A DNA stretch of 26,260 nt from an uncultured Deferribacteres bacterium (lineage in GTDB: Bacteria; Zhuqueibacterota; Zhuqueibacteria; Zhuqueibacterales; Geothermadaptataceae). A program made the position numbers and the translations under genes. The notes beneath the pieces are model-generated. The model searched no databases. It was not told the DNA's origin and saw only the letters and a list, made by a program, of their open reading frames with translations. The stretch is taken from assembly GCA_964014485.1 (NCBI GenBank), contig CAXHAT010000110.1:1-26260 (forward strand), given 5' to 3'. Shown piece by piece: positions 1 through 7,011 of this stretch (position 1 is its first letter; each line of letters begins with the position of its first letter).

Positions 1-12
1 CGATGCAATGGA

Positions 13-46
13 GTCTCGTGGGCTCGGAGATGTGTATAAGAGACAG
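13..46 (+). other. Illumina Nextera read-2 adapter / Tn5 mosaic end (library artefact)
   Basis: Exact GTCTCGTGGGCTCGGAGATGTGTATAAGAGACAG at the contig start. Bases 1-12 are probably index/P7 remnant. Confidence 0.98.
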
Positions 47-50
47 CCCC

Positions 51-77
51 CTGGATTCCCGCCTGCGCGGGAATGAC
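51..77. repeat. REP-like palindromic repeat (ATTCCC-N8-GGGAAT type)
   Basis: CTGGATTCCCGCCTGCGCGGGAATGAC. Same family as the copies at 24596-24619 (inverted) and 24648-24674. Confidence 0.85.
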
Positions 78-122
78 TTTGACGAGAGTTTCCATGGCGT
101 CATGGCTGTCGCGTAACATCAG

Positions 123-1913
123 TTACTTTAATAAAACCATTTTTCTGCTTAACTGTTCTTGACGCCTCGTATCATCAATTCGGAGTCTGTAAACATAAAC
201 TCCCGAAGGCGCCTTTCTCCCTAACTTGTCTTCGCCGTTCCATTCGATGTCATACAAACCGCTTGATTGGCTTCCCGAAACGAGATTCGTCACGTGCTGC
301 CCATGCAGATTGAATACATCAAGTGAAACTCTGGCATTTTGAGATAATTCAAATGAGATTTTGGTGTTTGGATTAAAGGGATTGGGGTAATTTTGGCCTA
401 ATCGAAAATCCGAGATAACGCCGTCTTTGAATTCATCCAAAACGGCAGTCGCCACTAACGTGCAATCTTCATTTAAGGTTTGCCAGTATCGGGGCATCCC
501 CCAAGTCTCCCAATACTCTTCTTCCTGCTTACTCCAAAACCAACCGGGCATGGTATCTTTGTGGGTTTCGGTCCACTGCTCCAGTTCGGAGAGCATTTCA
601 TCCAGGATTTCCGGATAGGAATCTCTTAAATTTTTAGATTCACTTATATCATCTTCGATGTTGTAGAGCCCCCAAGGATTTTGACGGTCGCCGACTACTC
701 CTTTCCGGGTAATTTTCCATTGATCGCGACGCGCCCCGACGTCGTGCCAATTCAGACGATGCCGTATCGTGTAGATCATTTCACCCTTGCGAGCACTGCT
801 GTCGGCCAGGAAACTAGTCCAGATATCTTTGCCGTCAAGCTCTTTTCCCTCCGGAATCGAAGCGTCGGCCAAACTCGAAAAAGTGGGATAGAAGTCGAGA
901 GCTGAAACAGGATGATGATAAGTACGTCCGGCGGGGACAACCCCAGGCCAATGAAAAATCATTGGAACGCGATAACCGCCCTCCCAGGTATCACCTTTCC
1001 TCCCCTTCAACGGGGTATTATCCGCGCCCTGATTTGGAACCCCGCCATTGTCGCTCAGAAAAACAATCAGGGTGTTATCGTACTCTCCTGTGGCTTTCAA
1101 GGTATCAACGACTTGCCCCACGCCGCGGTCGATGGAATGCACCATTGCCGCGTATTTTCGGCGTTGCTCATTTGCTATATGCGAGTGTAAATTATAATCC
1201 TCGGTTTTGGGATCAATGGGGGAGTGAGGCGCATTATAAGCAAGATAAAGAAAGAATGGCTTGTCCATAGCGCTGGCGTCTTTAATAAAACGCGCCGCCT
1301 GGTTCGAAAGGTCGTCGGTTAAGTATTCCGTTACCGTGACGTCTTCCCCGTTGTGTTCCAACGGCCATAAATATTCATTGCGCCAGTTCGCGCCATTTTT
1401 CTTGCTCGTCGCAAATTGGTGAGGATAGTACTTATGGCCGCCGCCTAAGAAGCCGTAATAATCATCGAACCCCCGTGCATTCGGATGATACTCCGGATTA
1501 ACGGCGCCCAAGTGCCATTTCCCTACAGCGCCTGTGTAGTAACCGGCGTCCTGAAGAACGGTACTGATCAAAGTTTCGCTGGTCGGGACGCCCTTCACAT
1601 TCCATTCTTCAAGGCCTTTATGCACGTCGGGCAGATTGTATGGCGTTCCCATTTTGTGGGGATAGCGGCCCGCCATCAAAGCCATGCGGCTGGGGCCGCA
1701 GAAAGGATGTACCACATAAGCCGATGAAAAACGAGTACCGGCTTCAGCCAAAGCGTCCAATCGAGGCGTCAGAATATCTGTTGAACCGTTAAATCCGACG
1801 TCGGCGTATCCCTGGTCGTCCGTCAAAATCAGAACGATGTTGGGTTGTTCCGCCAAGGCTGTTGTCCCCATCAACAGCATTATGCTCAGTATTGATCGTT
1901 TCATTGTGCTCAT
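123..1913 (-). CDS. S1 (formylglycine-dependent) sulfatase, S1_19-like carrageenan galactose-4-sulfatase, with C-terminal T9SS/FlgD-Ig sorting domain
   Basis: PNIVLILTDDQG, CGPSRMALMAGRY (CxPxR), GKWHLG, SDNGG and GRKG motifs, plus a signal peptide. C-terminal QNYPNPFNP...SGVYVYRL...KMVLLK. Likely start is ATG 1913 or 1904; the ORF-track GTG at 1943 lies inside an inverted repeat. Subfamily is by recalled similarity. Confidence 0.9.
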   Translation of the reverse strand: MSTMKRSILSIMLLMGTTALAEQPNIVLILTDDQGYADVGFNGSTDILTPRLDALAEAGTRFSSAYVVHPFCGPSRMALMAGRYPHKMGTPYNLPDVHKGLEEWNVKGVPTSETLISTVLQDAGYYTGAVGKWHLGAVNPEYHPNARGFDDYYGFLGGGHKYYPHQFATSKKNGANWRNEYLWPLEHNGEDVTVTEYLTDDLSNQAARFIKDASAMDKPFFLYLAYNAPHSPIDPKTEDYNLHSHIANEQRRKYAAMVHSIDRGVGQVVDTLKATGEYDNTLIVFLSDNGGVPNQGADNTPLKGRKGDTWEGGYRVPMIFHWPGVVPAGRTYHHPVSALDFYPTFSSLADASIPEGKELDGKDIWTSFLADSSARKGEMIYTIRHRLNWHDVGARRDQWKITRKGVVGDRQNPWGLYNIEDDISESKNLRDSYPEILDEMLSELEQWTETHKDTMPGWFWSKQEEEYWETWGMPRYWQTLNEDCTLVATAVLDEFKDGVISDFRLGQNYPNPFNPNTKISFELSQNARVSLDVFNLHGQHVTNLVSGSQSSGLYDIEWNGEDKLGRKAPSGVYVYRLRIDDTRRQEQLSRKMVLLK

Positions 1914-1931
1914 TTTTTTACATTTCACTTT

Positions 1932-2141
1932 ACTACCTGACACTTTTTATATCACTCCTTCGGAGTTTGGTAAAGATGATTTGGTTCGGATTTTTCTATA
2001 ATCATTTCACCCCTGTCGGGGTTTTCAGGCGGCAAAAACCCCGACAGGGGTGGAATGATTATAGAAAATGCCCGAAAATCCTTTCCTGAAAACCCCGAAT
2101 GGGGTGATATGAACTCACAACATCAAAAAGTGTCAGGTAGT
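1932..2141. mobile_element. MITE/REPIN-like non-autonomous element
   Basis: Perfect 17-bp terminal inverted repeats ACTACCTGACACTTTTT (1932-1948 / 2125-2141). Inner 34-bp inverted arms 1992-2025 / 2035-2068 with 1 mismatch. Four ACCCC-N-GGGGT-type hairpins. No clear target duplication. Confidence 0.7.
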
Positions 2142-2197
2142 GAAACATTTCACATCGACATACATTTTCAAGAATCAGAGTTTTCAAAAACACCATG

Positions 2198-3145
2198 TCA
2201 ATTATCTTTCCGCTCCCACACTCTGACATAATCACAGTACATTTCCGTTGGGAAACCTTCCGTTGTTGTTTCTTCCGGGACGGGGAAACGATTTGCGCCT
2301 ACATAGGTGACAAACGGGCGGCGCAGCCCCATCGAAACCGTAATATGCATGGGAAGATGCCAGTACAAATTCTCTTTCCGACCTCGTTCAACCCCATCAA
2401 CATACCAAAAGATAGAATCAGGTCTGCTGAGCACGCCATACGTGTGAAACTCGTCGCGCGCGTCCCATGGCGCTTCCCATTTATTTCTGGTTATGTCAGG
2501 GAATCCACCAGGTCGAATCCAGGTTAATTCTCCATTTTGGATAATTCTCGCGTGCAAATTCATATCAACAAATTCTGGCCCTTCCCATTCACTGCGATTA
2601 AAATCCCACTCGCTCTGCTGCAACTCAACGACGTCAATTTCACTATATTGGACGCCGCCTTCTTCGGTCGGTGTTGGCTGCCCGACGCTGTACAGCCAAA
2701 AAGCGGGAGCAGCTCCCGGAAATCGTTCACAACCTTTTATCCTCGCCTCAAAATATCCATAAGTAATTGTCTGCTCTATACGGACTATCCCGGATTTATA
2801 ATAAAATTCCGAACCGTCTCTCGTATGGGTCTCCTGAGTCATACTTATTGTAAGCATACTATCCTTTACACTAGCCAGCTCCGGCTCCCATGACCAGACT
2901 CCCCAATCTCCCACATCATTATTCCATTTACTTCGGTCCAGCTCTGGCTGATCGAATTCGTCACTCAATGCCTCATTTAGCTGCCAATTACCCGAGTTGT
3001 CAGGATCAGATGCAGGATAAACTGACTGAGTCTGAGTATCTGGCTGCGGTTCGAAAGGAACAGTGACTTCTTGTTTGCAGCCGAAGCAGTATATGCATGA
3101 AGCGATAATGCTGATTGTCGTAAGTCGCCGTCTAAATTGAAACAT
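2198..3145 (-). CDS. cgkA: GH16 glycoside hydrolase, kappa-carrageenase-like (GH16_17), probable lipoprotein
   Basis: SDEF, YGYFEARIKG, PAFWLY, YSEIDVVELQQ (ExDxxE catalytic motif in a kappa-carrageenase-like context) and DYVRVW. N-terminal signal ends CFG-C. Alternative starts 3169 or 3175. Confidence 0.82.
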   Translation of the reverse strand: MFQFRRRLTTISIIASCIYCFGCKQEVTVPFEPQPDTQTQSVYPASDPDNSGNWQLNEALSDEFDQPELDRSKWNNDVGDWGVWSWEPELASVKDSMLTISMTQETHTRDGSEFYYKSGIVRIEQTITYGYFEARIKGCERFPGAAPAFWLYSVGQPTPTEEGGVQYSEIDVVELQQSEWDFNRSEWEGPEFVDMNLHARIIQNGELTWIRPGGFPDITRNKWEAPWDARDEFHTYGVLSRPDSIFWYVDGVERGRKENLYWHLPMHITVSMGLRRPFVTYVGANRFPVPEETTTEGFPTEMYCDYVRVWERKDN

Positions 3146-3315
3146 TGTGTAAGCCCTGCATTTTTTCATTTTCAACTTGCAGAAATCCAGATACTTTTCT
3201 GCATAATGTATATATCGAGTCTGCGACCGCCCCCCTTAAGCCATAGCCGTCAGGCTAACGGCAAGAACTACTGTTTTTTTTAAGGTTTATGTTCTTATTA
3301 GCCCAGTCCTTCAGG

Positions 3316-3580
3316 ATACTGTTGGCGAATTCAATATGCGTTTTAACAATCCAGCCCCAACGGGGCAAAATGTAATAGCGAAGGGCGAAGCCCTGGTAAT
3401 GTCAACGCACAAACATTTCACAAAGCCCTGTAAGGGCGCAATAAACAGCATCGTTCGTGAAAAAAATCTATCCCGCCCTTTCAGGGCTTTTTCGAAGGGC
3501 ATTGATCCCTGATTTCCAGGGCGCTGCCCTTCGCTGTTACATCTGACCCCGTTGGGGTCTTTGGAATTCGCCAACAGTAT
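3316..3580. mobile_element. MITE with 17-bp TIRs, 8-bp target-site duplication and nested REP-like palindromes
   Basis: ATACTGTTGGCGAATTC (3316-3332) / GAATTCGCCAACAGTAT (3564-3580), flanked by direct repeat CCTTCAGG (3308-3315, 3581-3588). Three nested inverted pairs of hairpins inside. Confidence 0.82.
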
Positions 3581-3613
3581 CCTTCAGGGCGGGGTTTGAG
3601 CAAAGTCGTTTTT

Positions 3614-3697
3614 CTCTTTTCCCCGCCGTCCCAACGCTTCGGGAGCGGGCAAAAGAGGGAGGCGGCAACGTTTCGAACACCGCGCTGAAGCACGGTG
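3614..3697. repeat. Two further intergenic stem-loops (REP-like)
   Basis: CTCTTTT-C-CCCGC...GCGGG-C-AAAAGAG (3614-3657) and CACCGCGCTGAAGCACGGTG (3678-3697). Confidence 0.45.
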
Positions 3698-3805
3698 CTA
3701 ATGAGACTGTAATCCAAGGCTAAATATGCCAAATTCACAAAATGAAAAACGATCCGGTAAAACCTCGATCCTGTTTCACAAGCCAATTACGATAGTTCTC
3801 AAGAA

Positions 3806-4798
3806 TTAGAATTTGTATCCCAGCGAAAAACGATTCACCGCACCAAAAATATCGCTGAATGCACTATAGGCGTAGTCGATGACCAGTGTGCCCGCGCTCT
3901 CACTAATTTGATAATTAAGACCGGCTCCAAAGGTCAGGCCTTTTGCATCGTTATTGTATTTGTACCCTCCCCTCAAGGCAAACAGATCATTGTACCAATA
4001 CTCGACTCCACTATGAACCTGCTCACTAAAGTCACGCGGATGTATGGCGTCCACGGAGAGGGAAATTGATTGGTTTTCAACATTCCAGACACTCATGGCC
4101 AAACCCATCCGGAATGTTAAAGGCAACTGGAACGCTTCTTCCTGGTATTTAAGGTCTTTTGAAAAATTTGAAATGCTGACGGCAAAGCGCAGATCCTTTA
4201 TTCCGGTTAAGTACATCGTCCCAAAATCCACCGCCAGAGCACTCACCTCATTGCTTACGTCTTTCGATTCCGTGCCAGACGTAACAGTGCTGACGCCAAG
4301 GCCTTGGTAGGCATACTTTATATGGACGCCCATGCTGAATTTATCAGTAAATTGTCGGCTGTAGCCTATTCCCGCGACATATTCAAGAGGACTAAATGTC
4401 GATCCGATTTCAAATCCGGTCTCGCTATCGTTTCTTCGCGTATAATTAATAGGTTCACCGTAGTCCATATAAACCAGGCTGACGGCGAAAGTGCCAATGT
4501 TCTCGAAATGCCACGCTCCCGCCATCGACTGATGTTTTAGATCTGCAATCCAATCGGTGTATGAAAGCGCAATTTCATGATCCTCGATACTTGTCAGGCC
4601 CGCGGGATTCCAAAATATCGAGTTAGCATCATTCGCTACGGCAGTGTAGGATTCTCCCATGGCAGCCGCCCTGGCTCCGACGCCAACTTTCAAAAAAGTC
4701 AAACCAGCTTGAGCGACCTTTTTCTGTGCAAAACCGGTAGAGGATAACACAGCAATCAGCACAAGAACTGCTGTCAAAACAAAGGTTTTTGTTTTCAT
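3806..4798 (-). CDS. PorV/PorQ-family (UPF0164/FadL-like) outer-membrane beta-barrel
   Basis: Signal peptide, FLKVGVGARAAAMGESYTAVANDANSIFWNPAGL signature, amphipathic beta strands, C-terminal NRFSLGYKF. RBS AGGAG. Confidence 0.88.
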   Translation of the reverse strand: MKTKTFVLTAVLVLIAVLSSTGFAQKKVAQAGLTFLKVGVGARAAAMGESYTAVANDANSIFWNPAGLTSIEDHEIALSYTDWIADLKHQSMAGAWHFENIGTFAVSLVYMDYGEPINYTRRNDSETGFEIGSTFSPLEYVAGIGYSRQFTDKFSMGVHIKYAYQGLGVSTVTSGTESKDVSNEVSALAVDFGTMYLTGIKDLRFAVSISNFSKDLKYQEEAFQLPLTFRMGLAMSVWNVENQSISLSVDAIHPRDFSEQVHSGVEYWYNDLFALRGGYKYNNDAKGLTFGAGLNYQISESAGTLVIDYAYSAFSDIFGAVNRFSLGYKF

Positions 4799-4856
4799 TT
4801 TTCTCTCCTGATTGAGACAAATCCGCGAAGGATTAGCTTTACAAACCTTCTCTGGG

Positions 4857-6983
4857 TTACCTGACGATCACTAGCTTTCCGATTTTTTGACCATCGAGCC
4901 TATTGCCCTGCTGATCCTTTTCCTGAACGTGATACAGATATATCCCACTTGTGATAAACTGGTTTTGAGAGGTGAGTTGATCCCACGCTTCATCAGCCGT
5001 ACCGTTAGCGTGTTCTAATACCCTGACGACCTCGCCTGACATCGTTAAAATCGTAATGGTGCAAAAGCCCGGCAGATTGACGAAGAGTATTTTATTGTTT
5101 TCTCCGGGGAAATTATGAGGGTCGTTGATATTGTATGGGTTCGGTACTGCTTCAATCAAGCGCATATCAGGATCTTCCGCCGCACCGACTTGCCGAAAAG
5201 CGGGTATTCTCGTCATATTCCAAAATTTACCGCTCTCCAGTTTTTCGCCCGGATTGATTCCCCAGGTGTTTTGGGTTCCGTCGTCAAAAGCCGTGCAGTA
5301 GTAGTATGCAGCAGCACCTCGTGGCACTTCTGTGTCAAAGAAAGAGTTATCAGTGCCCTCATATATTTTCTCCCACCCTCCAAGAGAATCATATTTACCG
5401 ATTTGGCGATAGAGGCGGTACCCTTCGAAATCAATTACTCCGGTATCCGGATCAGGAGTCGTTGCCGGGTCATCACTCCAACTGACGTCGATACCGCCGC
5501 CGGCGTCTTTGACAAAAAGTGCCGGAGACATTGGCGGATCCGGTACATTAAAATTGTTTTCGACTAAGAATTTTGCCTTCGATGCGGAAATAAGCAGAGA
5601 ATCCCTACCTGTCGCGAGTAGATTCTGTTTTGCTGCAAATCCGGTAAACGTCTCTCCGGTCGTTGGATTTGTCCAGGTAAAATCATCTGGATTCCCACCT
5701 TCGACCGCCGCTTTGTATTCAGCGCCCAATCTGGCCAGGTCTTGCTGCTTCACGCCGTTGACGATCTTTGCAAAAACAAAACGCCAATCATCGCCTGGCT
5801 GCATCTGATAGGGGCCATAGGTTATATGCAGGCTGAGTTGGTTTTCAGTGTGCCAATTAGGATCCCCGGAATTAAGACCGCCTTCCCAGACAGGCGCATC
5901 GCCGCTGCCCTCCCATGAGCGCAGCTTATTAGGGTTCAAGGCCATGAAATCGTACATCTTGTCGATACCATTGCCGCGCTTAGTATTCGAAGGGGCAAAG
6001 GTGTACCCTATCCACTGTGCTTTGTGCGGGGCTGTTTCGTCATTCATTTCGCTGGTCGGGCTTGTGTCCGCATAGATTGGAGAAATCCCCACGTACGCCC
6101 CTGACAGCCACTCCCCCGTGACCTGATCCGGGTCTCCGGTATCTTCAATTGTGCCAGCATTCGACACATTGTCTCCATCCCAAGCATAAAACAGCTTCAA
6201 CGAATCTCCTGGATCAGCGCCGTAATACTCAGCAAATTCATGGGTGTGCCATTCAGTGGTGCCAACAGCGAGGTGGCCTCCTCTGGAAATAGTCGGTCTC
6301 AAGCTGTAGTCGAAGTAAACGTCTTCCAAGACTTGACCTGGGAGCTCAACTGTCTCATCGCCGTTAATATTTCCTGTATTGGTAAAAACAGTTTCAACAA
6401 TGATGATATTGTCAAAGTGGTGGTTTGTGTAGGCATAGGCTCTTTGGAGAATATCGACGCCAATGTCTGTCCTGGTCCTATTCTCGATCATTTGATCAGA
6501 GACCAGATTCGGATCCAGTTCATCGCCTTCTTCCGGCGGGAATGTTTCAGATAACACAATTCCATTCACCACGACGCCTGGCGGCTCCTGCCTGAAAACC
6601 TTTTTGATAGAAACAGGAATACTGATGTTCACTTCATCCCAAAACCACCAGCCGACTTCGGAAACATGCTCGGCCAAAACCTGCCCGTTGGCGTTTGTCC
6701 AGGGGCTGGCGCCAATCCAGTACGAGCTGGCGCTTGCATTGATGGGTCCTTCGAATCTATGACCGTTATTCCACGGTCTTGACATACCGTTATTGGCGGG
6801 CCATATCATGAAAGACTTGTGGGGCTGCTGCCAACTATATTGCCAGGGATGGGCGCTGGAGGCATAAAAAGTATCCCACAAACTTCCGATCTCAAATGTC
6901 CTGAACACCTGGCTTTGGGCTGTATTTAGCATTCCCAGAGAGAGAAACAGGCTCGCAAATAAAATGAGCGCCTTCTTTTTCAT
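4857..6983 (-). CDS. Uncharacterised secreted protein with FN3-like domain and T9SS-type C-terminal domain
   Basis: Signal peptide and a ~480-aa unrecognised Trp-rich N-terminal region. FN3-like segment PDPPMSP..VSW..FEGYRLYR..YYYCTAFD. CTD-like VPNPY..SGIYLYHV..GKLVIVR. RBS GGAG. Confidence 0.8.
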   Translation of the reverse strand: MKKKALILFASLFLSLGMLNTAQSQVFRTFEIGSLWDTFYASSAHPWQYSWQQPHKSFMIWPANNGMSRPWNNGHRFEGPINASASSYWIGASPWTNANGQVLAEHVSEVGWWFWDEVNISIPVSIKKVFRQEPPGVVVNGIVLSETFPPEEGDELDPNLVSDQMIENRTRTDIGVDILQRAYAYTNHHFDNIIIVETVFTNTGNINGDETVELPGQVLEDVYFDYSLRPTISRGGHLAVGTTEWHTHEFAEYYGADPGDSLKLFYAWDGDNVSNAGTIEDTGDPDQVTGEWLSGAYVGISPIYADTSPTSEMNDETAPHKAQWIGYTFAPSNTKRGNGIDKMYDFMALNPNKLRSWEGSGDAPVWEGGLNSGDPNWHTENQLSLHITYGPYQMQPGDDWRFVFAKIVNGVKQQDLARLGAEYKAAVEGGNPDDFTWTNPTTGETFTGFAAKQNLLATGRDSLLISASKAKFLVENNFNVPDPPMSPALFVKDAGGGIDVSWSDDPATTPDPDTGVIDFEGYRLYRQIGKYDSLGGWEKIYEGTDNSFFDTEVPRGAAAYYYCTAFDDGTQNTWGINPGEKLESGKFWNMTRIPAFRQVGAAEDPDMRLIEAVPNPYNINDPHNFPGENNKILFVNLPGFCTITILTMSGEVVRVLEHANGTADEAWDQLTSQNQFITSGIYLYHVQEKDQQGNRLDGQKIGKLVIVR

Positions 6984-7011
6984 CTTTATTCTCCGAACGT
7001 ATTGATGTTCT

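Noticed and set aside
28..46. Tn5/IS50 end as a genuine transposon
   Set aside because: It is the synthetic mosaic end joined to the Nextera primer sequence at the contig terminus.
1914..1943. N-terminal extension of the sulfatase from GTG 1943
   Set aside because: It begins inside the element's terminal repeat, and the signal peptide fits a start at 1913 or 1904.
3201..3217. Fourth operator candidate (AATGTATATA) upstream of the small GH16
   Set aside because: Too degenerate and AT-rich to distinguish from chance.
3244..3281. GCCGT/ACGGC hairpin followed by a T-run as terminator or riboswitch
   Set aside because: The T-run is detached from the stem and is on the plus strand, where no gene ends. 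No recognised riboswitch consensus.
1932..3697. Possible CRISPR array or integron attC sites among the hairpins
   Set aside because: Repeats are inverted and nested rather than regularly spaced direct repeats. No cas or integrase gene is present.
3311..3786. ORFs 3311-3574 and 3481-3786 (minus)
   Set aside because: They run through palindromic repeats and have no protein motifs, so they are typical spurious repeat-derived ORFs.
4857..6983. Calling the 708-aa protein SusD
   Set aside because: No lipobox cysteine and no SusD/TPR-like features; it has FN3-like and CTD modules instead.
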